A stretch of DNA of 63,674 nt, the filler included, from Hausera hauseri (Eukaryota), in assembly GCA_046269625.1 (NCBI GenBank). It is 11 parts of 11 records of this genome, joined end to end, with 100 filler letters (N's around TTAATTAATTAA, not from the genome) between each part and the next. Parts side by side here need not be neighbours in the genome. Positions count along the whole stretch, not along the records: positions 1 to 9,647 come from JBJURY010322161.1; positions 9,748 to 14,288 come from JBJURY010535454.1; 9 more parts are not named here. One strand, 5' to 3'. Each line of letters starts with the position of its first letter. Position 1 is the stretch's first letter. Made by a program: the position numbers and the translations under genes. This document shows positions 1-10,983 of this stretch, in pieces. The notes below the pieces were generated by a model. It was not told the DNA's origin. It saw nothing but the letters and a program-made list of their open reading frames with translations, and searched no databases.

Positions 1-1
1 C

Positions 2-883
2 GCTCCCAACAAGTTAACAGGGACAAATCTTGCAAAAGGAATTACAGACGATAAATTTCAAGACACCTCGTCGAAAGATATATACAGGCCAAAGGAAATC
101 GAGGCCTTCAGACAATTCCTTGCCTTTCCACGACAACGAACACATGAGCTAAATCGAGCTATGGCGTCTGTAGTAGACGATACACGATATCAGGCTAAAT
201 GGGAATCATTACTTGGTGTGAACCACTATCAGAGAGTGACTACCGAAATACTCTACAAAATCTGGGGAAGATTTCTGGTTTTCGGACAAGCAGCATCCGG
301 ATTCTTAGCGATATATTTTTTGATACAAATGATTAAGGCAGTCATCCAAACAGTAATAAACGGATACGAAATATTTACACTGACCGGATTCTCATGTAAA
401 ATTCTGACCGCAATCATAACGCCCTTTGGAAAATTTTTAAAGGCATACGAAGAGAGTAGGTGGAAATCAGACGTAGAACGTCATGTCGGATGTCACAACC
501 GTAAACGAAGAAAAAAGCCTATATTCTTACGAAAGCAAAAATTTACAAAACCTATTACAAAAAGGAATGATTCAGATGACGACGAGCCTAAGGGAGGAGA
601 AGCATTTTCAGGGATGAATAGACACAAGGTGTACTCTGTAGTTAAAGCGCCATTACCCATGTTAACCCCTACCGCTCCATTCTACGAAGATTGTGACAAA
701 CGATCTATGAGCTCATACCAGACAGAAATTTATAAAAGGACAATTAATGTAGAAGACCCTTATGAAGGAACGAAACGATACGGGATTTTACGGAAAATGT
801 GTTACCGTCAATCCGCGGATGACCTTAAGATGATATATTCACCAAGCGAACCTAAGAATATTGAAACAAGATCGTCAGTTTGA
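2..883 (+). CDS. Env-like glycoprotein C-terminal part (chuvirus G / class III-like), 5'-truncated
   Basis: Frame is open from base 2. It reads DIYRPKEIEAFRQFLAFPRQR..LN, then WGRFLVFGQAASGFLAIYFLIQMIKAVIQTVINGYEIFTLTGFS (TM region), then a basic tail. This resembles the C-terminus of chuvirus-derived glycoproteins. Confidence 0.65.
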   Translation, partial: APNKLTGTNLAKGITDDKFQDTSSKDIYRPKEIEAFRQFLAFPRQRTHELNRAMASVVDDTRYQAKWESLLGVNHYQRVTTEILYKIWGRFLVFGQAASGFLAIYFLIQMIKAVIQTVINGYEIFTLTGFSCKILTAIITPFGKFLKAYEESRWKSDVERHVGCHNRKRRKKPIFLRKQKFTKPITKRNDSDDDEPKGGEAFSGMNRHKVYSVVKAPLPMLTPTAPFYEDCDKRSMSSYQTEIYKRTINVEDPYEGTKRYGILRKMCYRQSADDLKMIYSPSEPKNIETRSSV

Positions 884-961
884 GACAACCCAAGGCTAAA
901 AATCTTCCAACATACTGAACTACATACTAACAATCGGTAACCGCTAATTAGTACTCATGAA

Positions 962-1858
962 ATGGAAGAATTGCACGTGGAAAACAATGAATTATATCCA
1001 AACGTGGAGTTAAGGCAGTTGTCGGGAAACATAATATCCGCCCCAGAAGTAAGAATAAACGGACACAAAATATCAGTGACTAAACATTCGAAAGTGGCAT
1101 CAAACTGTTTTGGAACCGTGATCGAAGAAAGACCCTTTACCAAAATTATTATTGAAGACTGCAGAGTTTATGCGTTAATCGATACGGGTTCCGAGATGTC
1201 TTACATAAAAAATAATTCAATATCTCAAGCGCTAAGAGAACAATTATATCCGCCGTCTACGAAAGATCCAGGTAGTACATGAGCTTTTGGCCAAATGTCG
1301 AAACCAATATTTAAATGGAACCCACAAGTCTAATTGATTGGACCAACATTTCGGCACGAATTTGCAATCATGGAGCAATTACCTGATGATGTCGTTCTAG
1401 GATGCGATTTACTGAAAAGGCTACCAAATATAGCAGTCGACTTACAAACAGGAAAGCTAATTGAAATTAGACCAAACAACGGCGTGAAAAATGCTAAGAA
1501 TAGAAAATTCGGAGAAGTGTGGATACCAGTAGACGAGAACATCCCACCGAGAACAGAGATAACAATTTACGCACAGATTCAGCAAGATGACGATCAACCA
1601 GTATACTTTGAACCAAAGGAAACATTAAATCCAAATATAATACTCAGTAACGTACTTACGAGAGTACACTACGGTCGTGTGCCGATCAGAATAGCGAATA
1701 ATGCACCAACTCCTATCAAACTTTATGCTTATATCACTTTAGGGGGCACGTATAGAGTATCGTCGATAACTATTGAAGAGAAACCTTATAAATATGCTGA
1801 ATTTCCGTCTCACGTTGAAACCAAGTTTTCACCTGAGTCTTACTGTCGGTTCTATTAA
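962..1858 (+). pseudogene. Retropepsin aspartic protease plus spacer domain
   Basis: ALIDTGSEMSYI and VVLGCDLL motifs. Same frame throughout, with stops at 1280, 1331 and 1856. Confidence 0.85.
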
Positions 1859-3240
1859 CTATTATGTCGATATAAATCGATTATTGCTAAGGATGAAGAA
1901 GATATTGGTAGAGCGAAAGCATTAAAGTTGACTATTCCGCTCAAGAAAAAACCTGGTTCAAATGAAGAAATAGATCTAGAGGATCAGAAGATGCCGAAAT
2001 GGTACCCTCCACCGCATTCGCTAAGACCCGAGATAACAAAGGAAGTAGAACGAATGCTAAAAGCCGATATAATTAGGCCTAGTTATAGATCCTGGTGCTC
2101 GCCTATCCTTATGGTTAAAAAGAAAGGCACTACGAAACACCGATTTTGTATCGATTACAGAGCTCTAAATAATCTTATGATAAAAGATTCCTTCCCATTG
2201 CCTTCAGTAAAAGAGGCCTTAGACAGACTTTCAGGACCAAAATGGTTTACCACTCTGGACTTACAATCCGGATATTGGCAAGTGGAAATAGAGGACGAAG
2301 ACCGTTATAAGGCAGCATTTAAGACTCACGAAGGTGTTTACGAATTCAATGTTATGCCGTTCGGTATTACTACCGGGCCAGCCATATTTACAAGAACGAT
2401 GAACAAAATGTTAATGGGACTGGATCATGCCTTTGCATATTTAGATTATGTGATGATAGCATCAAGAAGGGAGGAAGAACACTTAAAGGATATTGAACAT
2501 ACGCTGATGCGTTTGGAACAGGTCGGATTGAAATTAAATCCAAAGAAATGCAAATGGGGTCAAAATGCAATATCCTACCTTGGCCATATAGTTGGAGAAG
2601 GAGGATCGAAACCAGATAAATCGCTGTTGAACAAAATATCAGACTGCATGGAACTACAAAATCAGCAAGAATTAAGGCACTGGTTAGGACTTTGTGGGTA
2701 TTATGCAACTTATGTGCCGGATAATTCGAAAATCAATGCACCTTTATATCGCTTACTTAAAAAAGGAATCAAGTGGAAATGGACAGACGTCGAACAGAAA
2801 GCCTTCGACGAAATGAAGAAGATATTGACGAGTGAACCTGTTTTGCAATACCCAGACTTTAACTTACCCTTCGTAATTAAGACCGACGCCAGTAAAGAAG
2901 GCATAGGGTATGAATTAGCACAAAAAAGAGAAGGTGAAGAATTAGAACATCCAATTGCCTACGGAGGACGTTCCTTTGAAGAAGGCCGAGAAAAATTATT
3001 ATGTTACCGAATTAGAAACTCTTGCTGTAAAAGAAGCACTTCGACATTTTAACGTTTATGTTTACGGGCAGAAAATCATAATTGTCACTGACCACAAGGC
3101 CGTTACGACTTTAAAGGGTCGAGCAAATAACCCAACATGCAGACTAAATAGATGGATTGAAGAAATCTCCAGATATAATATTGAATTTCAGTATAATCCA
3201 GGAAACAAACATGTAGACGCAGATGCACTATCAAGATTAA
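1859..3240 (+). pseudogene. Reverse transcriptase / RNase H
   Basis: Motifs RFCIDYRALN, LDLQSGYWQ, MPFG, YLDY (mutated YxDD), TDAS, ELETLAV and VTDH. Frameshift near 2975. Confidence 0.95.
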
Positions 3241-4724
3241 AGACTAAAACAAGCACCATTACCGTAATGAAGAAAAGTCAACTTGAGGAAATAATAGACC
3301 GCCAACGCACGTTAGCGATAGATAGGACAATCAAGATCTCAACAGAACAGAGAAAGGATAGAGTTATCCAGCAGATTATAGAATTTGCTAAAAAGGATAT
3401 TATACCAAAAGGACGACAATTAAAGAAACATTTACACAGACACGGACACAAGTACTGCGTCTTAAATGACGGAAATGAAAGAGACATTTTATTTTACGAA
3501 CGGAAAGGAAAGAAACTGATAGTTATTCCGAAGAGTTTACGAACCGAAGTATTGATGTCAGAACATGATTCATATTTGGCCGGACACATGTCCTGGAAGA
3601 AAACCTTAGAAAGAATAATGAATAAATACTTCTGGCCTAGCATCTATATTGATGTAAAAAATTGGGTAAATGCTTGTGAAGTGTGTGCAACCAAACAGAA
3701 AAAGACGAAAAACTACATGGCCGAGTTAAAACCAATTGACGTGCCCGATAGGCCCATGCAGGCCATGTCGATGGATATCGTAGGACCTCTTCCTACGACT
3801 CATAAGAACAATAAATATATCTTAACATGTATTGATCGCTTAACTCATTTTGTCGAATTGATCGCACTGATAGATCAAAAGGCCGAAACTTTGGCAGAAG
3901 CCGTTGTAAGGAGAATTATTTGTCGATATGGGCCTCCAGATCAGATACTCACGGATCGAGGAAGAAATTTTACCAGTGAATTATTTGAGAAAATCACTAA
4001 AATATTCGAAATCGAGAGATTAACCACTACTGCATATCATCCTCAATGTAATGGAATGGTCGAACGGATGAATGCTACCGTCATACGTATACTGTCGACA
4101 GTAGTGGCTAAGGACCAAAAAGATTGGGACGAATTTTTGGAAGGAACTCAATTTGCAATTAATACCACACCACATCCAGCGACAGGATTCACACCATTTT
4201 TCATGATGTATGGACGTGAAGCTGTGTTGCCCACGGACTTAGGAATGACGCCATACACAGTTAATCCCGAGGACTTAGAACAGAATTTTGCAGAAGTGTT
4301 ACAAACGCGATTGCAAAAGTGTTGGGAAATCGCTAAGGAACTATCCCGAGAATATCAAGAACAGTTCAAGAAGCAATATGATACGAGAGCAAAACCGCAT
4401 GATATAGAACAAGGAAATTGGGTTTATGTGCATTACCCAGCCGCTAAGAAAGGCACCTCACTAAAATTGACTCGTACGGGTAGAGGACCGTACGAAGTTA
4501 CAAAGGTTACTTCAACTACAGTGTATATCAACAGGAATGGAAAAGAAGAAGTTATGTCAGTACAAAGGGTTGTCAGTACAGAAATACGACCCAGAAAACA
4601 TTATAATCTACGCCAACGGGAGATAAAATCTTCGTCGATAGTTACTAGACCAATATTATATGTTCAGATAGTCTTAGCATTATCGTTGATTGCCTCCTAC
4701 CTCCCGAGAACACAAACCCAATAG
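3241..4724 (+). CDS. Integrase with a hydrophobic signal-peptide-like C-terminal extension
   Basis: HHCC zinc finger (H..GH..CEVC), catalytic motifs MDIVGP, TDRGRNF and NGMVER, and GPY. Ends YVQIVLALSLIASYLP. Confidence 0.93.
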
Positions 4725-6062
4725 TAGCACGATAAATCATTGTTAGGAGACATATACGGAATTCGGAAGAGTGGATCGAAATAGGAAACTACCAAGACGG
4801 AAGAAGCCAACAGCTGAAGAAATTCAAAAACAAGAAGATACGAAATTATTACAATTGATGACAATTTACTATTACATGCCAAACGCAGTATGCGTTGGAT
4901 TTAAAGCTTGGAAATCGCATCACGATTTCGGAAGATTTCAATTTTTCTTACTTGGCACAGTCACAAGAAGAACGAAAAATTGAGATTTCGAGCCTGGAGA
5001 AAATACGCAATGTTGCGATATAGATTTGGACACACTTATAATCTCACCTACCGTCTATACTTGCCAGACTCAACTGAAGTTTACGTTGAAGTAAAACCAC
5101 ATTCTCAATTAGTCGTTCCTGCATGGAACAGACATCATGGAGTAAAACTGAATGAAATATTACGGTCTACTGACCCAGATATAAGGATATTAGACGAAAA
5201 TATCCAGGGAATCTCTGTGGATAAGGAAAATCAATGCATTCAAGTAGACGCTAAAATAGGATTGGCTTTCAGCCAGGAAATTAATATCACATTTGAAGCC
5301 ACAGTCGGACCGACATCGAAAATAGAATATTGTTCTATTCAAGCAGGTGTGCAAAAACCATGCTGCAAAATACCCACAAACTAAGAATTCAAAATCAGAT
5401 TTGATTTATATGAAGTACGGCCAAATAAACCAAGTATACAATTAAGAACTTACTATCCAGAAAATAGAATTTGGAAAAATTCAGTGGAGATGACCACCAG
5501 AAGACCAGCTACTCAAATTAATGCTAATACGTCAACCATTACGTCGGCCACTGTGCCTAAAAAAGAATTAGGGAGTATCACTGTTAAATGTTCGGCATAT
5601 CGATCTAAGATTGTGTTCTTCGTGGAAGAGAAACAAAATTACGATATATACATAAGTTGTCGGACAACGTATAATAATCAAGTTGTGACGTTATTTAAAA
5701 GTACTTATCAAACAGAGTGCAACTTATTGAAACCACAAACCGAATATATAGTACAAATGCATGCGGAGAATAAACAGAACCAAACTATTACATTGAGTAC
5801 CTTAGGCGAAATTCGTGCCGAGTCGCATGTATATGAAGATATGGATGAGGAAATCACAGTTCTAGTTACCACACAAGTGCCAGTGAGATTAACTACACTA
5901 CCGATTATATCCATCTCTGTACTGTCTGTGTTCATTCTCATTATATTAATTGCAATTTTTAGGCTAGTTACCATAAACTGCTATTCTAAGCGTTCTAAAA
6001 ACTCAGAGTGGGAATTAAGGGAACTGAAAACCTCTGTTGACCCGTATGATAAAATAACCTGA
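4640..6062 (+). pseudogene. Putative type I membrane protein (Cys-rich domain, Thr-rich stalk, FN3-like domain, TM)
   Basis: ORFs 4908 and 5484 are in the integrase frame. Contains NQCI, EYC, CC, the FN3-like LKPQTEYIVQMHAEN, and TM ISISVLSVFILIILIAIF. Homolog at 23440-24736. Confidence 0.6.
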
Positions 6063-6129
6063 CAACTACAGAGCGGGTTATTTTATCATTTAACAAAGAA
6101 TTGGTTTAATTTTAAAACCATCCTTTGTC

Positions 6130-6163
6130 GTAAGATTAACCCTTACTGTTTATTTTTAGACAG
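6130..6163 (+). promoter_or_regulatory. Putative splice acceptor before the cargo ORF
   Basis: TTAAC...TTATTTTTAG directly before the ATG at 6164. Conserved in copy 2 (24848-24869). Confidence 0.5.
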
Positions 6164-8770
6164 ATGAGTAAAGAAAGAAATACGAAAACGAACACCGGAC
6201 AACCTAGGATCGACAGATCACAATCTACCCACAAGCCGGAACACTGTAGTACCGATGAATCGCCAAAACGCCGAATTAGTATCGACAAATTCTTGCAGAA
6301 TTATGCTACCGTCTTCCTCCCAAATTCTAAATCAATATATAGAGAAATACATAACGTATTACTTGAGAAAACCACCGTAAAGTATGATCGAACCTGTCAA
6401 ATTCCTAACAACCTAAAGGGTATAAGGGAAGAAAATAGGATTGTTTACCTCTACGCCATAAGAGAAGACAAAGATCTTCGAGGATACTTACTTAAACAGA
6501 TGATCACATACGCGAATAGACAGACTATTTATATCCATCTGACAGACAGTGAGATATATTATCGATTTAAAGACCAAGAATGGAACACAAACGAAGGAAG
6601 ACAATATAGATTCAGTACACTTAGCTTCCGTAGCCAAGATTTGCAACATTATGAGTTAAAATTCAGAGTAGCCGCCCTTCCCGTAAAAATAATGTTCGAG
6701 GTGACGCACGACGGTTACCAATATGTCAAATTACCACCCCTGAAGTTTTACCAACAACCGTCAGAAAAGGATTTGGACACATTCCTACAATCGTATAGAC
6801 TAGTGAAGGATGACAGAAATACCAGGATCATAGCAATTAATTGTGGAGAAGCAGACAATGCACAGAAAATCCCAATGGAAGTGTCAGTCCGAGAAACGAA
6901 CGGAACGGAGGTATATTGTACAGTCATCAGCCCAAGAAAACAAGTACGTGAGACGTATTATGATACGACAGGAATTCTCAAGGAAACACTCTCGAGAGGC
7001 AGAAACATGAAGCTTGTTCAATCCGAATTAGAACATTGTTTATATTGATATATTATAACAGGGTATCGCATTGATAACATTGTTGAACTATTAGAAATAC
7101 CCGTATCAAGCATCGCAGGAATGCGGGAAATAGGATCACACCCAGTAGTCGCCGAACAAAGTAAACGAATACTACGAGAAAGAAATTACCCCGCACCAAA
7201 AGTTATGGACTCCTATTTCAAATTAATGGTCGATGCCATGAACAGCGAACATGTTAAGATTAGCAAACTATTAACAGCAAGTCAGCGCACTCGCTACCTG
7301 CGCGACATATATGTAGCCTTAAAATGGGACCATGAGTAGACACCCAATAATCCAGAACAAAACCTACGAAGTATAACCGAACCGGAAAATATAAATAAAA
7401 GGTATGGGAAGCAGTATCGTTCATATTCCCCATGGAGAATTGTGGAACCGATGGGACGCGATAATATCAAAATAATTATTGAAAAACCAAGTCAACTGTG
7501 TACAGAAGTACCAAGTACCAGTTATAGTTCCTACGTCAAACCAATTCCAGAAATCAAATCCATAAGCAAAAAAATACAAACAGCCGAGATATTCAAAGTG
7601 CCCAAAATTCCACCGAAGAAGCAGAAAACTGAAACACAAATTTCTTCGATCAAAAGAAAATTATCCCTCTACGATTACTTGTTCAGAAAGAAAAATAAAG
7701 GAACAAACCCGAACCAAGTTTAAGAGAATCGACCCGATAAAACAAACAAAGAACCCGAAAGGTCAACAACGTCCGCCGACAACCAGGTAACAAGTCTAGA
7801 AAAACCCAGGAGATCGACATACAAACATAAGAACCCAGAAAGTGGATTTCAACAACTGTTTACGGAAGTTAACATTCTCAGAAAACGGAACTCCCAAGAA
7901 GATGTTCATTTTGCGACAACCAAAGATAATCCAAGGATATTAATAACAACTGAGTATTATAGTCGCCAGACGATCAAAGAAGCAACGTTTTTTGTAAAGA
8001 CCACGCCAGCTCGAGAAGTATATAAAAATACCTACATTTGGGAAAACCCTAAAATAGGGAAATACATCGTGCCAGTTTTCCTATCAAAGAGAAACGGCAA
8101 GCTAACAGTGCCAGTAGATAAACAAATGAAACCTTTGTTGAAAAGACAGTATCAAAAGTATAAAACGGATGGCGAAATTCCCGATTTAGATCGAGATACC
8201 ATTGCCAATTGGATATTAGTACCAGTAGGTTGTGACCCCAGGAAGAGTTCTGTAAATCCCAAACAAAAAAGAATCCATGGTTACCTATATTAGGATAAAG
8301 ATGGTCTCATATTCGAACCCATAGAGCTTGTAATAAAGGTAGATTTAGATGACGAGAGATGGGATAAAGAGGAAAACGAATGCCCATTATGTGAAGCAAA
8401 TCTCAGTCAAGGATACGTTATTTTGGATAACCGCGATTGTCGACATAAATATTGCAGAGATTGCTTGGAAAAATAGACCCTAGATAATGGCAAAACTACC
8501 TGTCCGGTGTGTAGAGCCGAGGAAACTGAACTTAAATATTTTTCAAACGGTAGTTATACCCGTGTAGTTCGCATAAGGCCCCATTACAGTTATGAATTAG
8601 AAACGAATACTAGAGAAGAAGATCAAACTAGTACCAGTTCTGGGCCCAGTTTAAGACAACGAATGGAATTACTACGAGACCCTCGTCGCCGCTGCACCTC
8701 TCCTGACGCAATGGGCACATCCGAGGATGCCGTTCAGGCTGAGAAATGTTGTAAAGACGTCTATAATTAA
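6164..8770 (+). pseudogene. Cargo ORF: DEDDh/REX4-ISG20-like exonuclease fold plus C-terminal C3HC4 RING
   Basis: ORFs 6164, 7121, 7442, 8069 and 8507 share one frame and are broken by single stops. Exonuclease-like part: RIIAINC..EVSV..NG..VISP..TTGI..VQSELEHCL..IITG. RING (8381-8512): CPLC..CRHKYCRDC..CPVC. Confidence 0.7.
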
Positions 8771-9562
8771 GAAGACGTCCAAGTTATAAATAGCGTTATA
8801 ATCAGAATATTGTAGATATTTATTATTTTACGATATTTGCTACTATTGTACGAAATTAGGAATTTGTACAAAATTAAAGAAGAAATTTAGCAATAAATTG
8901 ATATATTTTTAGAATTTTTGAAGAAAAGGTTGAATTTGTATTAATTTTTAAACCAGAAAATACCGAAAATTCAGTTAAAATTGATTATAATTCCAAGAAT
9001 AAATCAGTCACGTACACAGTCGTATTACTGTATAAACTAGCAGGTTTTAGAACAATGTGAGTTTTTGTGAAGCCACTGAGCTTTAAACCTGCGAAAAGTT
9101 GTCTTGATTAGATTGAAGCTATTGGAGACTATTGTACTTCCTTAGAGACGTGAAGCCGAAATACTATATTGCCGAAAAGAAGAGGATTCTAGAAGCTGCC
9201 AAGGAGCACAAATTCAGAAAACTAGTTGTTGATTTCGATTTGATACGTGGAGCATTGTGTAATTGTTTGGTATAAATATATTGTTTATTGTAAAATTCTT
9301 ATATAGTTTTTCATTGCCCCTTAAGGGTAATTTGACGACATTAAGGTCTTATAATTCACTGTAAATTATATAGGTAAGAGGAGAATTTATAATCATTTGC
9401 AAAGGATCGCAAGCAGTACACGCACTACTGATTAGTTAAATTGATTTAAGGTACATTCTGTCTACGCGATTACGGTAGACCTCACCTGTGTAAAATATTA
9501 CCTTCAAGTGTAACTATTGTTATATAGATGGAGTTGTATAAGGGCCACCCCAGTATATAACA
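8747..9562 (+). repeat. 3' LTR of copy 1 (~816 bp)
   Basis: TG...CA ends with an imperfect inverted repeat, preceded by a short purine tract. Shares motifs with the copy 2 LTR (GCAGTACACGCA, ACATTAAGG, AGGGCC). Unrelated RT sequence follows immediately. Confidence 0.75.
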
Positions 9563-9647
9563 AATAGCATCGTCGAATGTTCAACAACATTTGAACGATT
9601 TACAAGATTTATTCGACAGATGCAAAATAATGGGTTTAAAAATAAAT
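9563..9647 (+). pseudogene. RT fragment of another LTR element (insertion target)
   Basis: Translates IASSNVQQHLNDLQDLFDRCKIMGLKIN, the segment that follows YxDD in RT. Confidence 0.7.
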
Positions 9648-9747
9648 NNNNNNNNNNNNNNNNNNNNNNNNNNNNNNNNNNNNNNNNNNNNTTAATTAAT
9701 TAANNNNNNNNNNNNNNNNNNNNNNNNNNNNNNNNNNNNNNNNNNNN
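9648..9747. other. Artificial contig spacer (also 14289-14388, 22071-22170, 28149-28248, 34276-34375, 41527-41626, 45711-45810, 49809-49908, 55105-55204, 59276-59375)
   Basis: Identical 100-nt N runs with a central TTAATTAATTAA, which gives stops in all six frames. Confidence 0.97.
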
Positions 9748-10968
9748 ATTCAAACGGAAATCGGACATCGATAATTTGATGATTGAAGAACCCTTTGGGT
9801 GAAAGAATTAAATAAAGAGAAATATTCTGATCACGATTAGAGACTTAATCGTCAATATCGGATAATGGGGTATATGTTACATCTGCAACATCAAGAAATA
9901 GCACAGTTCTATTGCAGAATTTAATAAATTGTGACGCGTATTCTGCCATTTGCTGGGCAGTTGGTTTGGATGATTTGTCTGATATACGTAATCTTCCTTT
10001 TCCATCAATGCTGGCATTGTACCAAAATGACTACTTAAGGACGCATCAGTTTTTGATAACTGGTAAAATCGTCCTGAACACATTTCTAGTAATTGTTAAT
10101 AATAGAAAAGTTATTTTGAGCAAAAATCAGAAATTTTCGAGGCGGAAGATCTGGCCCGACTATGGTCTCAACGCGGCGGCAATGGACGTCCGGCCGCGTC
10201 CGACCAAACAGACCAAAGGGCACCGGCCGCCGTGGGCACCACATCACCCCCGTGGCAAAATGAAAACTATAAAGAACAAAATAGACGGAAAGAAAAATCG
10301 CCAAACGAAAAGTGTATGTATCAGTTGGTCTTAGTGTGAACAAGACGTTGGGTGTCTTCTGTAGTGCCTTGAATGTGGTTGCACTGGTTGGTGGATCGAT
10401 GAGGAGATCTTCCCCGCCAGGTGACTGTGCTTTCGTTCCAGTGCTGAAAGTGAAAGAATGGCTTTGAAATATACAAACAAATTCTCTGCATTTATCTCCT
10501 ACAATCTGAGTATTATCACTCACTCAGCAAAAAAATTCTCAATAGAACATTTTATACGGGTTAAAGAATCAGACTTCTCGCAAACGACGAAATCAGTGAA
10601 ATGACGTATGTCGTACAGCTCTTTTCAACCAAAATCGTTACGTCATTCCATACTCTTACAACTTTCCCTTCTAACAGGCAGAAGAATATAGGCAAGTTTG
10701 GATACATGGTGGATACAATTCGTGCAGCTCGTCTTAGGTTTTATTACATGATCGGACTATAAACAAATTCTGTAAATAAAATTGTAAAAACGGATTAATG
10801 ATTTTGAAATTTCAAGAGTTTAAAAAAATATAAAGAATTATTCTAATGTGGACTTCTTGATTTGGATTTAACTAATCTATTCATGGGTTCATCATCAAGG
10901 AAATCATCAAATATCTTTTTATCATCTTCGGAATTAAATCATGCATCTTTGATGTGGAAACTACATTC

Positions 10969-10983
10969 TGGTGTCAGAAGTGG
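10969..10983 (+). promoter_or_regulatory. Primer-binding site (tRNA-Leu-like)
   Basis: TGGTGTCAGAAGTGG lies 3 nt after ...CTACA and upstream of a gag relic. Confidence 0.65.

Larger units (their letters stand above)
1..9562 (+). mobile_element. Ty3/Gypsy LTR retroelement, copy 1 (5'-truncated, decayed), with env-like and cargo ORFs
   Basis: PR-RT-RNaseH-IN order, extra ORFs on both sides of pol, and a 3' LTR (TGTTGTA...TATAACA). Syntenic with 22171-28086. Confidence 0.9.

Noticed and set aside
881-8476. Many in-frame stops as evidence of an alternative genetic code or programmed readthrough
   Set aside because: All three stop types occur, they align with different amino acids in copy 2, and they co-occur with frameshifts and a mutated YxDD. 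This is ordinary decay.
9648-9747. Regularly recurring TTAATTAATTAA as a biological repeat or CRISPR-like array
   Set aside because: It is always centred in a 100-nt N run, so it is an artificial linker.
9877-10523. Overlapping ORFs around a GC-rich patch
   Set aside because: No recognisable motif, so no call can be supported.
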